From Lepidodermella squamata (taxonomy: Eukaryota > Animalia > Gastrotricha): 64,000 bases of DNA. The translations under genes and the position numbers were made by a program. This document shows positions 1 through 11,979 of the stretch, piece by piece. The DNA is taken from the NCBI GenBank assembly GCA_047495785.1, contig JBLDXI010000029.1:1860001-1924000 (forward strand), written 5' to 3'. Numbering within the stretch: the first letter of the stretch is position 1; every line of letters begins with the position of its first letter. The notes under the pieces were generated by a model. It was given only the letters and a program-made list of their open reading frames with translations. It was not told where the DNA came from and made no database searches.

Positions 1-1069
1 TCTCCGCTTTATCGAGTATCAACAAGGCTTGTAAAGCTACGTCGTAGCATAAGTGCCGGAACTGTCTGTCTGAGGCGAGGGTATTCATCTCAATCCCCGC
101 GTACATTGTTTCGAACTCATCGACAGAGTGCCCTAAACTTGTCCGAGATGAATCATTGAATCTTATAGGAGAGTACGGTGAACCAATAAATGAGGTGATT
201 TCCAATTGTTCATTAAAGATATCTCGACCGCAGTCAGAGGGGAAGGTTGAGTCTGGCAGAGATTCTGGATCGACGTAGATAGTCATTTCAACTAGGAAGC
301 GATATCGCGATCCGCGGAAACCATTGTTATAGGCTGCACAGAGAAAAGATAGCAGCTGTTTTAGGTCTCCCGATTCAAAATCTATAATCCGAACTTCAGA
401 GTCTTTCAAAGCGTTGAAGACTTGAGTTTCCGACATCAATGTGCTGTCAACCTCTATCACCTCAATTCCAGCAAGATAAGCAAATTTGACGAACATAGCA
501 GTCAACTCGTGACCCAAACCAGTGGATGTAACGGCGGCAATCCTTCCCCACTTAGCGATTTCTGTGATGTAGCGAACTCGTGTAAGCAAGGCCAAATCGA
601 TAGGTCCTCGAGTGGAATACAAATTCGGGAATTCCTTCCTGTTAGCTGTGTTAGATGGCGATCTGCAGCCCATTGTCAGCATTACCATGCCAATCTGTGA
701 GACAACTCGACCCCAGCTGTTGCAACCTGGGGTGTAATAAGGTCCAATATTCAGCGGGGATATGGTGGCATTAGGGTCATTCCAAGAACTTTGCAAGAAT
801 GCAAAGGCTTTGCTAATGGCATAGCTGGACGACGGTCCTTCATCTTGGAAATCGAACTTCACATGGTAATTGGGCAAAATATCGGTCCGCTTATTGACGA
901 TATTAGCTACAAGTTGTTGTGTCGCCATGCATGTTTGAAAGTTGATCGGACCAGAGCCAGTTAGGGGTAGAAATGATAGAACAGTCAATTTACTAGGTTT
1001 CTTTTGGACAGCCGACTCGCTCGAGGCAGTCAAAGCGAGTCCGGATAAGGTCAATAAAGCAGAGATCAT
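1..1069 (-). CDS. Class C (GABA-B-like) GPCR, 5' part (signal peptide + Venus flytrap domain); runs off the window's left edge
   Basis: Manual minus-strand translation from ATG 1069 (in-frame alternative ATG at 1090) gives MISALLTLSGLALTASS...LSFLPLTGSGP...VNKRTDILPNYH...GPYYTPGCNSWG...FRHLCYDVAL, open to position 1 and colinear with the neighbouring full-length paralogs. Not in the ORF track because no stop lies in the window. Confidence 0.85.
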   Translation of the reverse strand, partial: MISALLTLSGLALTASSESAVQKKPSKLTVLSFLPLTGSGPINFQTCMATQQLVANIVNKRTDILPNYHVKFDFQDEGPSSSYAISKAFAFLQSSWNDPNATISPLNIGPYYTPGCNSWGRVVSQIGMVMLTMGCRSPSNTANRKEFPNLYSTRGPIDLALLTRVRYITEIAKWGRIAAVTSTGLGHELTAMFVKFAYLAGIEVIEVDSTLMSETQVFNALKDSEVRIIDFESGDLKQLLSFLCAAYNNGFRGSRYRFLVEMTIYVDPESLPDSTFPSDCGRDIFNEQLEITSFIGSPYSPIRFNDSSRTSLGHSVDEFETMYAGIEMNTLASDRQFRHLCYDVALQALLILDKAE

Positions 1070-1455
1070 TTCTAGTTCTATCTCTCGCATGAGAACTAGT
1101 AATGAGTTCGAATGTGAGATAGAGTCGTGAATTTGTAGGATCAAGTTTCCACCCGACAAATTTCCACTTAAGGATCTATTTCGACGCGTCTGTGATTACT
1201 CTGCAAGAATTTACTATCAGCAGCAACACAAGCGTCATTGGATAATCAGTGAATCGCCAGCTTATGAATTCACATTTCTGTCCGTGACTTTTTGCAATTC
1301 TTCTTCTTTATTTAAACTAATGTTCCCTTCTTTTCAGGATCTTTTTTCTTATATTTAAATCCTAGCTGAAACAGCATCAAGTTAGCTTTCTCATCATTAC
1401 AAACAGAAACAGAATCAGAGTGAAACGAAACAGAAGAATTACTTCGCAGTTATTT

Positions 1456-3795
1456 TTACGGCTGTTTGTGGTTGAAGCTCGCATTATTGCTCGCTACATT
1501 GTTTCCAACAAATCTCGACAGCGGGAAGTTCTTGACAGACGTCAAATCAGGATTCATCGGCGGCTTTAAGTATATGAGTGCACAGACGACAGAAGATTGC
1601 AAAAGGAACGCAATTGCCACTGTCAATTCCCACATCGCACTTAGCGAAACGACAAAAATTAGCACTATCGCAGCAATTAACAGACTCATGGATATCGTGA
1701 CTGCCAGCATGAGTCGCTTCACCTCAGGATAGATACTTAGTTGAGGATTCTTTCTTAATTGCACGGCGTAGACCACCCCGGCGAGTAGGATCACGAGATT
1801 GTAGATCAAGATGCTAGCCTGAAACTGCGCAGCATAATTTGACGAGCAAAATACGGAGTATTCCTCGAAATAAGCGTCATAAACGCCGACGTACCGCCTC
1901 GTTGCAGCTCTATCCGTCGTTACTGCTGTCAGCGGATCTAGAAAACTCCAGGCGATAAGCGCAACAACAGTAGCCGAGCAAAACAAGAAGATTGCAGCAA
2001 AAACAAATGGCTCGTTGAAAGTCATTGGTAACAAATCGTTCAAACCATTTCCAGCCCTGAGTCTTCGAATGAAATTGACCCTGAAAAAATGCTTAGCAGC
2101 GACCAATCGAAAAACAAGCGTGCCGTAAACTAGCGGTATTCCGATTGCTGCAGTAAACATGCTAGCTTGGCAGATCGTCGTTGTCTTCAGCTGTGAAGTA
2201 GTTGTTACCAAAATGGCAGTAATGCTCGTGAAGAAAAATCCAACTAGAAGTGTCAGATCTCGGAGCATGTGAGTAGTATCAGCCTTCCATAGTTTAGTTT
2301 GCCATAGAACGAGGGTTATTTGCCCTGCAAACACTGCAATTGCAACAATGATAATAACAATGAAACCAGGTAGCGGAGTTCCTCCTTCAAACACGATTTC
2401 AAGAGCTGAATCTCTTGGCAACGAGCCAATTTCAAACGGAACAATTTCCCGAAATACAAACGCTTCAGTATCCGCGAGATTGCTTGAAGAACCGTTGAAG
2501 GTCACCATGTCGCGAACTATAAGGCCCTTACCAGGTTGCCACGTTCCAACCAACTGCGGCTCGTAATCGAATTCAGATCTTGGGGAGTAGCGGAATAAGC
2601 CGTAACGAATACCTCTGTATGCAATTGTTCGAACACTTTCATTCGCAGCCATCACGATTTCTTTTGGCCGCTCACGATAATCCCTAAGGCTCGAATTTTT
2701 AGCCTGTAAGGATCTTTCGGTTTTATCGAGGCTGAGCATTGTTTGAAGTGCTGCGTCGTAACAGATGTGACGGAATGAAAAATCTGGAGCTCGGACGTTC
2801 TTTGTGTAATTTGCGAACAACGCCTCGAAATCATCAAGAGTATGACCTAACGAGCTGCGGCCTTCAATTGGTATGGCAACGGGAATCGGAGCGCCGATAA
2901 AAATCGTGATTTTGAGCTGTTCGGAAAATTCTTCCTTCGTGCACCCTGATTCAGCGTAAAAACTATCCGAAAATACCGTTGGTTCAGAGAATACCGAAAA
3001 TTGCGTTACAAATCGATATTTTGCACCTCGAAGGCCGAAGCGATAGGTCTGGCAAAGGAATCTTGGAAGAGAAGAAGTATCGCCAGTTTCATATGTGATT
3101 ATTCGAAGATCAAGGCGTTTCACTATCGAAAATATGAGACCATCACTGAAATCTGTGCTGGCCTCAAATAGTGCAATGTTCATCCCAGCTTGTTGAGCCA
3201 TTTCGTAGAAAATAGTCGCAGATTCAAAGTTGAAGCCCAGGTTAAGATCAGCATTCATCAATATAGCAACACGTCTCCAGCCAGCGATTTTTTTCATGAA
3301 CTGGACACGGGCTGTTATGGCGAGTTGGTACGACGATCGAATTCGATACATATTGGTGAAAGGGGGCCTTCTTGCGGTTTGAGACGGGGCGATACAGCTA
3401 TTGGCTATCATGACCATATTCATGTGGTGGGCAGTGGCTCCCCAAGCTTTGCAGCCACCCGTGTACACTGATCCGACTGATATTGGTGACATATAGGTAC
3501 CAGGTTCAGGGTTTTCGAAGTTTTGCCTCGCGAAATCTGCCGCTGCTCGGACGACAAGACTAGACGCGACTGATTCATCGCGCCAGTCCATTTCAACGTG
3601 GTAATCTGGCAAAATGTCGGTGCGGTTGTTGACAATGTCGACTACCATCTGCTCAGATGCTTGACATTGGCGGAAGTTGATTGGGCCTGAGTTGGAGAAC
3701 GGAAGTACGCCCAACACCTTCAGACGGTACTGCTTGAAAGCATTACAGCAAAACAGTTGGAGTACAGCTAAAATAATAACCTTGATGGAAAACAT
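1456..3795 (-). CDS. Class C (GABA-B-like) GPCR, single coding exon, 779 aa
   Basis: Signal peptide, VFT motifs (VNNRTDILPDY, WRRVAIL, CYDA), seven hydrophobic segments, TM3/ECL2 cysteines, ICL3 LRK..YPEVKRL resembling the class C N-E-A/S-K motif. No cysteine-rich domain between VFT and TM1. Confidence 0.88.
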   Translation of the reverse strand: MFSIKVIILAVLQLFCCNAFKQYRLKVLGVLPFSNSGPINFRQCQASEQMVVDIVNNRTDILPDYHVEMDWRDESVASSLVVRAAADFARQNFENPEPGTYMSPISVGSVYTGGCKAWGATAHHMNMVMIANSCIAPSQTARRPPFTNMYRIRSSYQLAITARVQFMKKIAGWRRVAILMNADLNLGFNFESATIFYEMAQQAGMNIALFEASTDFSDGLIFSIVKRLDLRIITYETGDTSSLPRFLCQTYRFGLRGAKYRFVTQFSVFSEPTVFSDSFYAESGCTKEEFSEQLKITIFIGAPIPVAIPIEGRSSLGHTLDDFEALFANYTKNVRAPDFSFRHICYDAALQTMLSLDKTERSLQAKNSSLRDYRERPKEIVMAANESVRTIAYRGIRYGLFRYSPRSEFDYEPQLVGTWQPGKGLIVRDMVTFNGSSSNLADTEAFVFREIVPFEIGSLPRDSALEIVFEGGTPLPGFIVIIIVAIAVFAGQITLVLWQTKLWKADTTHMLRDLTLLVGFFFTSITAILVTTTSQLKTTTICQASMFTAAIGIPLVYGTLVFRLVAAKHFFRVNFIRRLRAGNGLNDLLPMTFNEPFVFAAIFLFCSATVVALIAWSFLDPLTAVTTDRAATRRYVGVYDAYFEEYSVFCSSNYAAQFQASILIYNLVILLAGVVYAVQLRKNPQLSIYPEVKRLMLAVTISMSLLIAAIVLIFVVSLSAMWELTVAIAFLLQSSVVCALIYLKPPMNPDLTSVKNFPLSRFVGNNVASNNASFNHKQP

Positions 3796-4085
3796 GTTTC
3801 AAAATTGCTAGCTTCGAGGCGCGATCGTCAATATTCAGCTCAACGACTCAGAGCGCGTGCTAATTAGCTATTAGCTAGTCGGTTATGTTTCATCCACGCT
3901 TTTCGTAATACATACTATCATAGATCATAAACCGATTTATCTCGTTTCCTACTCCTACTTATATCCAACCGAAGATGGAGGAAACTCTAAAGGCAGTCAT
4001 ATTTGTATGATATTGTACGAGTTTTTTTATTCATATCTGAGATTCGTAGCACGAGATGTGGGCATGCTGACGAGGCCGAGCGAAA

Positions 4086-4156
4086 GTTATACCGTAAAAT
4101 ATCGAATTGGCCAAGCTACTCGACCTATATTTTTGACGACAATTCTATATTTATTG
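4086..4156 (+). repeat. Dispersed repeat, copy 1 (probable solo transposon end, TA-CCGTA type)
   Basis: GTTATACCGTAAAATATCGAATTG..AAGCTACTCGACCTATATTT...GACAATTCTATATTTATTG recurs at 48509-48579. Confidence 0.7.
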
Positions 4157-4976
4157 ATCATATTTTCCTATTTCTGAACTCCAAAAGCCATAATTTGACA
4201 TAATGAAAAATGCAGAACTCTTAAGTCTCTTAAGCTTAAGTCAACCCCCCTTATTTAAATCTTTCAACAGCAGGAAGGGCTTGCCGAGTGCCTTTGCGGA
4301 GGTGAACTTGGAAAGATGAAAGTTGATCGAATTTCACAATATCAGGCATCAAATCAACTGACGAGATACATGTTGGTTTAACGTCAACATGACGCTCAAT
4401 GTTCAAGGTTAAAGCCGAAAGTTTCCAGTGGTGCCTTGTGTAAAACTTTGAAATAGATAGCTGCCATGAAAATGACCCGACATTCTCAGTGTGCCCTTCC
4501 CGCATCAGCTCTTTTCATAGTTGCTTTCTGATAGCTGTTTCGTCGGATACATTCAAGTCAAATACATCGTCAAATACATTGCAGCTGTGGCGCATTAAAG
4601 TGTCGGGTGCACGTTAATTGCTATCAAGGCAATAGGTATTTAGTACTGAATCCAGGAAACGGTAGTCTAGTGACGCATCTTTTATAACTTTGCCTTTCGC
4701 TCTCACTGGTTCCAGGTCTCTAAATAAATTATATTTTTCTTTGAGAAATAAGAAATAACCGATAAGATAGGTTCTTGCTTCTTTCCCATAGACCCAACAT
4801 CCCGCAGAACGATCTCGAGACACAATAATTATATAGCATGTAAATCAATCCATTGAGAGGAGCATATCTCCAGTTTTCAAAATATTTTCGATTTTTGTGA
4901 TTTTTGAAAAGCTGATGTAATATTTCCTTTGACAAATAGTATTTAACTAAGGATTTCTCAAAAGCTTCATACAAGA

Positions 4977-7211
4977 ATGATCTGTGTGTTGATACTGATG
5001 ATCGCTCTGCAACTGGAATCAGCCCTTGCAACAAAACCTCATCGTATAAAAATGCTGTCCATGCTTCCTCTTACTGGCTCTGAACCTCTGACATTCAAGT
5101 CTTGCGCCGCCACACAACAATTGGTCATCGATTCGGCCAACAGCAGGAGCGACATATTACCAAAATATCACATTGAATTGGACATTCAAGACGAAGGCGC
5201 TGTTTCAACTAGAGCCCCAAAAACTGCGATTCAATTCGCCCAGAAAAATTGGCAAAATTCAACTGATAACTCCACGATTTCTCCGATTGCTCTTGGAACC
5301 CTTTACACACCAGGATGTGTAGCTTGGGGTCGGTTGGCTAGCCAGGTTGACATGGTCATGCTAGCATTCAGCTGCACAGTTCCTTCTCAAACAGCTCGGC
5401 GAGATTTATACCCAAATATGTATCGTCTGAGGTCTTCGCTGCAACTCGCGTTATACGCTCGGATTCAATTCATCAAAACCATCGCAAAATGGCAGAAGCT
5501 GGGAGTTGTGTTGAATATGGACGGCAACGCCCTGCCGTACGAAATTGTTACTCTCTTTTACGATCTGAGTTTGAAGGCTGGGATCACTGTGACATCGTTA
5601 GAGGCCCTAACGGAGTCCAATTATGACGTCTTGCGATCAATGAAGAACGCTGATATACGAATTTTCAATCTCGAAGTAGGTGTTTTTCCTGCGATTCCTC
5701 TGATTCTGTGCCGCGCTTATAACCTTGGCATAAGGGGACAGAGGTACATGTTTATTGTTGGAATGAATGCTTTTAGTTTGCCTTCAAGCTTCGCGGAATC
5801 ATTTTATCCGCCATGGTGTAGTAGAGAGATATTCTACGCTCAACTAGAAAGATGTTTATATTTCGGAGCTCCTTATGATGCTGTAATTCTATCTGGCGGA
5901 GTGACTAGTCTCGGCCATTCTGTGGAAGAATTTGAACGTTTATATCGAAACTTAACTAACGGCCTGATACCTACAGACTTTGCATTTCGACATTTGTGCT
6001 ACGACGTTGCGTTACATGGCGTCATGACACTTCACGATACTGAAATAGAGTTGAGTAGAATGAACTTGACGCTTTCAGATTATCAAAGTCACCCTAAGCT
6101 CGTTGCATCCATCGCTAACAGAACTGCCGGATCAATGAGGATGCGCAATCTACGCCATGGGGATTTCAGCTATTCAAAGAGATTAGAGGTGGATCACGAG
6201 CTCCAGCTTGTAGCTCAGTGGAATCCTGATCGAGGCTTGGTAGCTAGGTACGCGATTTCCTTCAAAGATCAAGATTCTGATGGTCTATTAAATTCGAGCC
6301 TATACGAAATTAGAATGCTGGATCCGCTGAGAGACGCAGAGCTCGCCAGAGACTCGCCAAAAGTAGTTGAGATCAATGGAGGCATTCATGTAGCAACCTT
6401 TGCGGTGATATTTTGGCTTGCAGTTCTGATCTCTGTAATGTCTCTTTTTCTCTTGGCTAAGCAGCTGAGCGACCCAGTTGAAAGAACGAAATCGACTTAT
6501 CGGTATCAGTTCCAACCCTCGATTCATCTGATGAACGCTGCAGCTATAGCCGTTGCCGTGCCAACCTCTATAAAAACAGACACATCCTGTCAGTTGGCTG
6601 TGTTCCTCGCAACAATTAGCGTCAGTCATGCAATCGGATTGATTATTTTAAGCTTGCAAAGTTGTCTGATTGAAACAAGACACCTCGATCCTAAAGAGCC
6701 CAAGGAAAATCATAGCTACCCGGTGTCGCAAAGCATAATCTTCGTGCTCCTCTGTTTTGCACTTTGCACATCTTGGGCGGTCGTCGATCCTCTCAGGGCA
6801 GTTCTTGATGCTACTTCTTCATCTGCATTTTATGATAGCTCAGCAGATACATTCATCAGGTACAGATCTCTCGTTTGCAACTCACAGGTATTCGCCGAGC
6901 CTTTTCTGGCGTCGATTCTGACTTTGAACTCTGGAGCTCTAATCTTCGGTGTTGTCTTGGCCCTGAAGCTACGGTCTTGTCAACATTTCGGTCTCAATCC
7001 AGAAGCCAAACGATTGCTGCTTTATTTCATTGTAGTGATATCCCTATTTTTCGGAATTCTCGCCGTGTGTTTTATGTCGGTTTCCAGGGTCATGTTGGAT
7101 TTGACGATGTCTATCGGCATTCTCCTGCTATCGTCATTTTCTGTTATCATTTTGAATTTGAAGATTTTTGCATCTAGCACATCGATTCGCAAGCCCTCGT
7201 GGAACGCATAG
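4977..7211 (+). CDS. Class C (GABA-B-like) GPCR, copy A, single coding exon, 744 aa
   Basis: Signal peptide, ANSRSDILPKY, RRDLYPNMYR, CYDVA, 7TM with NPEAKRL, very short C-tail. Confidence 0.88.
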   Translation: MICVLILMIALQLESALATKPHRIKMLSMLPLTGSEPLTFKSCAATQQLVIDSANSRSDILPKYHIELDIQDEGAVSTRAPKTAIQFAQKNWQNSTDNSTISPIALGTLYTPGCVAWGRLASQVDMVMLAFSCTVPSQTARRDLYPNMYRLRSSLQLALYARIQFIKTIAKWQKLGVVLNMDGNALPYEIVTLFYDLSLKAGITVTSLEALTESNYDVLRSMKNADIRIFNLEVGVFPAIPLILCRAYNLGIRGQRYMFIVGMNAFSLPSSFAESFYPPWCSREIFYAQLERCLYFGAPYDAVILSGGVTSLGHSVEEFERLYRNLTNGLIPTDFAFRHLCYDVALHGVMTLHDTEIELSRMNLTLSDYQSHPKLVASIANRTAGSMRMRNLRHGDFSYSKRLEVDHELQLVAQWNPDRGLVARYAISFKDQDSDGLLNSSLYEIRMLDPLRDAELARDSPKVVEINGGIHVATFAVIFWLAVLISVMSLFLLAKQLSDPVERTKSTYRYQFQPSIHLMNAAAIAVAVPTSIKTDTSCQLAVFLATISVSHAIGLIILSLQSCLIETRHLDPKEPKENHSYPVSQSIIFVLLCFALCTSWAVVDPLRAVLDATSSSAFYDSSADTFIRYRSLVCNSQVFAEPFLASILTLNSGALIFGVVLALKLRSCQHFGLNPEAKRLLLYFIVVISLFFGILAVCFMSVSRVMLDLTMSIGILLLSSFSVIILNLKIFASSTSIRKPSWNA

Positions 7212-7724
7212 AGACGCTCCAGAAAGCCAATTTTAATACGAGACAAGAATAGTCCGAAAACCGCATCAAATGTAATGCCTATGTATACCAAATTTTTGTA
7301 TGATTCAACTGAAATAAATCACCAGCTTTTAATTCTCAAAATAGAATTGGGAAAGAGATGACAATCGGCCCGCATATTGAGTCGAGGCCGAAAACCGATG
7401 TAATGAACTTTCATGACGCTGGAAAAGAGATTGGGTCCCTTGGCTTTCAAACTAACTTGCATAATATATTTTGCAATAAACTCGTTTTGATGGACAACTT
7501 CTTGCACTCTAAAAGGTATCTTTTTTCTCGCGGACGATAATTACTTGACACGATTCGAGTCATTCGTCATTCGCCATTAGCTTTGAGGAAGATTGAGAAA
7601 TAATTATCGACTAAATGTAAGGCATTTTGAAATTAGCAGTATCAATCAGGCTAACCCCCTCGTTTATGAAAAGCTTTTATGCAAAATCCGTGAACTAAGA
7701 AACATACAGCTTTTTGAGTCACAA

Positions 7725-10037
7725 ATGTATTTCTTTGCTATTGCAGCCTTGGCTTTGTACGTTGGGTCTCAAGAAGCACTCATGCAGACGAAAAAACCTT
7801 ATCGCATGAAAATGCTATCGCTTCTGCCGTTGACAGGCTCGGCCTTTGGTGTCCAAGCATTTAAAGTCGCGCAACAAATCGCAGTGGACAATGTGAATAA
7901 TCGCAGCGATATTCTGTCTGACTACCACATCGAGCTAGAATTCGCTGACGAAGGCACAATTTCAGCAGACGCTGCTCGCCAGGGGATCGAATTTCACCGG
8001 CGTTACTTTGGCAATCGCGACTTTGTAATGTCTCAGGTTGCCCTTGGCACCTTAGGCACCCCTGGGTGCAAAGCCTGGGGTTCTACCGCCCATTATATGG
8101 ATATGGTTGTGATTTCAATGAGCTGCACTGCAACGAGCCAGACTGCTCGACGAAACAAATACCCAAACCTTTACCGGGTTCGTTCGGCTTACGACTTATC
8201 TTTAGTTGCTCGTATGCTCTTCATGCGTGATGTTCCGAAATGGAACAGAATCGGAATAGTTGTTGGTTTCGACTCAAACTCTTTCGGTTACGATACGGGG
8301 AGTATGTTTTACGCCTTGGCATCTCAATCTGGTTTTCAAGTCGCCTCTTTCGAAGCAACAAACGATCCGACCTATGATTTTTTTTTGAACTTGAAGAGAG
8401 CAGACATAAGGGTTTTCACGATTGAAACTGGAGATGGCTTGTTCCTTTTAAAATTCATGTGCCAAGCATATGAAGCCGGAATTCGAGGGCCGAAATACGT
8501 GTTCATATCCCAGCTCGCAATTTTCATCGACCCAACAATCTATCCAGATGCAGTTTTTGCTGCGCAAGGCTGTGCTAAGCAGGTTTATCTCGAACAACTT
8601 GAAATAACTCTCTATGTCAGCACGCCTTACCCAATAATGGTACCTCCGCCAGTCACAGATGAATTAGGGTTCACTTACGATACCTACAATGCGGCTTTCG
8701 TGCAGCGAAGCCCGATTCAAACGGGAGATCTCGTTTTCAATTGGTTGGCATATGAAGTTGCATTGGTTGGAATCATGGTCCTCGATAATACTGAGAAACA
8801 ACTTCGAAAACAAAACCTCTCGTTGCTTGACTACCATTCTTACCCTGATAAGGTTATGCTGGCTGCTAATGAGAGCGCTAGAACAATTCGGATCAAAACG
8901 ATACGCCAAGGTCTGTTTCGCTACTCGGAGAGAGTTGAGCTAGATTACGAGCCTCAACTCATCACAAAATGGAACACGAGAGCCAAATCACTGACACCGA
9001 GGTATATGGTCACCATGAAAGAGAATTCGACAAAATACCTCGAGATGGATGGGTACTTTTTTAAAGCTATCGAGACTTTCGAACTTCTACCAAAGGATGC
9101 TGCGTTGAAGGTTACAATCGATGGCGGCGTTCCTCTGGGTTTCTACGCAGCTTTAATTTTTCTCGCTATTTCATTATTTTTGATACAAATCGCAGTTGTA
9201 GCGAAGAAAATTCACTCGGAAACAAGAGCCTTGGCTAATATTCATTATTCAGCGATGTTAGTCGGTTTCGCCGCGCTGAACGCAGGTTCATTGACTGTTG
9301 CAACACCGTCAACGTGGAGAACGGACTCAGCATGTCTGTCCACATGCTTCATCCTTCCTTTGGCAATATCGCTACCGCTTTCATCGGTTGTTATTCGTTT
9401 GATCGAATTCGCAAAATTTTTCAAAATGAACAAAATACAGAGGTCAATGTGGGGTTATCCTTGCGACGTGGAACCGATTAATCTATCAGAAGGTCGAATC
9501 CTGCTCAAAGCGGCCATTTTCTCGTTATGTAACATCGCAATAGAAGTATTATGGGCTGCTATGGATCCTCTTCATGTTGTGAGTAACGACAGGCTCAAGA
9601 CGAGGTATTACGACCTATTCCAAGATGCTTACATTGAAACATTCGCCCAGTCCTGTCGATCGAAATGGGAGAATAATTGGATTATCGCAGTACTCTCCCT
9701 AAACTTTGCCGTTCTCTTAGCTGGATTAGTTTACGTATTCAAACTTCGCACTAACCCGCAATTAATCATCTATCCATGGGTGAAACGGTACCTATTCACA
9801 GTTACATTGGCATTTTCTTTGTTTATCGCAATAGTGTTGCTAATGTTCATCTCACCAACGAGCGTCATGTTTGAGATTTCTATTGCCTGTGGCCTGCTTT
9901 GCGTCTCTTTTGTTGTGTTCTCAATGCTGTTTATTCGACTTCCCGAATCTCCACTTCTTGAGTCGATTCATAATTTCCCATTCAATCAGATGGGCGCTCT
10001 CAATGTATTAAAACCCTCAAAAACAAATCTTCACTAA
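7725..10037 (+). CDS. Class C (GABA-B-like) GPCR, copy B, single coding exon (~770 aa)
   Basis: Likely true start is ATG 7725 (MYFFAIAALALYVGSQEA signal peptide), not the ORF-track start at 7593. VNNRSDILSDY, KYPNLYR and a 7TM region follow. Confidence 0.88.
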   Translation: MYFFAIAALALYVGSQEALMQTKKPYRMKMLSLLPLTGSAFGVQAFKVAQQIAVDNVNNRSDILSDYHIELEFADEGTISADAARQGIEFHRRYFGNRDFVMSQVALGTLGTPGCKAWGSTAHYMDMVVISMSCTATSQTARRNKYPNLYRVRSAYDLSLVARMLFMRDVPKWNRIGIVVGFDSNSFGYDTGSMFYALASQSGFQVASFEATNDPTYDFFLNLKRADIRVFTIETGDGLFLLKFMCQAYEAGIRGPKYVFISQLAIFIDPTIYPDAVFAAQGCAKQVYLEQLEITLYVSTPYPIMVPPPVTDELGFTYDTYNAAFVQRSPIQTGDLVFNWLAYEVALVGIMVLDNTEKQLRKQNLSLLDYHSYPDKVMLAANESARTIRIKTIRQGLFRYSERVELDYEPQLITKWNTRAKSLTPRYMVTMKENSTKYLEMDGYFFKAIETFELLPKDAALKVTIDGGVPLGFYAALIFLAISLFLIQIAVVAKKIHSETRALANIHYSAMLVGFAALNAGSLTVATPSTWRTDSACLSTCFILPLAISLPLSSVVIRLIEFAKFFKMNKIQRSMWGYPCDVEPINLSEGRILLKAAIFSLCNIAIEVLWAAMDPLHVVSNDRLKTRYYDLFQDAYIETFAQSCRSKWENNWIIAVLSLNFAVLLAGLVYVFKLRTNPQLIIYPWVKRYLFTVTLAFSLFIAIVLLMFISPTSVMFEISIACGLLCVSFVVFSMLFIRLPESPLLESIHNFPFNQMGALNVLKPSKTNLH

Positions 10038-11979
10038 AAGCGAGGAGACAACTTGCTGAATTTCAATTCCATCCTCGAATGATGTTACTTAGATGTTTTC
10101 TTTCGACAGATTCGTGAGTAAAATTGTGCACATGCATTAATGACACTGTTTTGATGCGATGTTCCAATTAAATCTGAAATAAAAATGTAGCCTGGTTCAT
10201 CTTTTATCGTTATTTTCTTTGTAAGTAAGAGCTTGAAATGGCCAAATCCTAAATCATCTTCAATGGTTAACATAACTCAACGAGGCTAACATGTTAATCG
10301 GGCCTCGGACATTTGCGAATTACCACTGTCGGCCTGGGGGCCTTTGACAGCTGCCGGGGAACTCCAAACAAAGAGTTAATGTAAAGAAGTAAAGGGTTAA
10401 TATTCGATTTCATAAAACTGCAAATGAGCGTTCAGTGACATGTTTTCAGGCTACTTGGCTTTTCAATGCCTCTGATGCCTTGAGTACCTGATAGCCATAT
10501 CGGGCCATTTCTTAGAGATTTTAGAAAGTGCTTTGTGCAGAATAGCTAAATGGGTTTGAGATGCGTGGATTCAATTTTTGAAAAGAATGTTAAAGATTCA
10601 GCCTGGAACTTGGAAGCAAATCTCCTCGGGGAGAAATGACTCAAAGTTGGCTCGATATATGGCTGTTCGTGTAGCTGTAATGAGCATTCCAGTGCATCGC
10701 CAGGGGCAGCTCTCTTAAAATCAGACCTAAGAAAATGAAAGCCGCTCGTATAATTGGCATTAACTCTCTGCTTTCACAAGCTGGCAAAGCTCTATCGATG
10801 ACTGCTATTATTCCGGACATTTATCATACCTAATATGGTGCAACACAGCTAATATTTTATTCCTGGATCATATGGTTTCAAGCTCAGCTTGTCGGAAAGA
10901 TAATTAGCCCTCAAAATTAGCCTGTTCACTGTCCAACTTATCCCAATCCAACATGTCCGCCACAGTATATAAGCCGAGATGGCGAGCAACACGGTGCCAT
11001 CATTCATCGCAGATCGCAAACATCGCTACATTTTTCAGAATCATCATACATTCAGTGCTAAGATTCAGTGCACAATTGGCAGTTCTAATCCAAAATTATT
11101 GTTGAGGTTCCCAATATATATTTGTCGTGCCGATTTATTCTCTACTTTTTGTCATTTTTTGGCATTAATGGCTGGTAATTTCAAATAATACTTAAATTTT
11201 AATATTCTTAAAGGATGTCAAACCTAGCAGTTTCATTTCTGGTTCCCCTGTTCTAGTATGTGGTTCCCCTTGCTTGAATTTTCAGATTCCTTTTTTCCAC
11301 AGAAGTTGATCCTAGAGACTCTTTTAAGCTCCATGAGATTGGATTGATGTGAACTAGGGTGTTGGGTTTACTTTTTAGACTGATCAATTGCTTCAGATGG
11401 CGAAATTAATCAGTCGGACCTAGGATCATTATCTTGAACCTTGAAGGTTCAGCAAAGGTTCCAGCTGCCAACTATGACCTATTAGTCGGTTTTTGGCGCT
11501 TGAACTTCGGGAAAGCATTATTATATCTCTATCAACCCACTGAGTTTGAAACATAGATAATAGTAAAGATCGGACGCTTACGATCCTCCCATAGTATCAA
11601 AATTTTAGGGTGCATAGGTCACCATGTGCACAGCCACATTTTTGTGCTTTTTATTTGAGGCATGTGCGCCTAGCTAAATGCATGTAAAATCGACCCATTT
11701 TTAAACCGATTTTTTGAAAAACGTCATTTTTCTAATTTTTTGATAATTTTAATCTAGTACAACTTCTAGCTTCTACAGATACTTCAGTTTCATACATAGA
11801 GAACGACGATTTCAATTGCTGGACAGACTCTGGATCTTTTATGTTTCCCCCTTAAGGTGGGCAAATGTTGTCAAATTTCCAATTTAGTACAGAATTCTAT
11901 TCATTTTTTTAATAAACTCCCGCCATGTGACAAAAATTCCCCACGAACACTTAGTTCTACATATATTTCTTTAGAAAAA

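Noticed and set aside
7593-7724. N-terminal extensions of the GPCR ORFs (also 11857-11979 and 52744-52944)
   Set aside because: These begin at non-ATG codons in the ORF track; signal peptides start at downstream ATGs matching the paralogs.
10270-11860. Possible TTAA-type (piggyBac/Kolobok) element between receptor pairs
   Set aside because: Several TTAA-flanked end-like motifs, but no matching pair of TIRs could be established.
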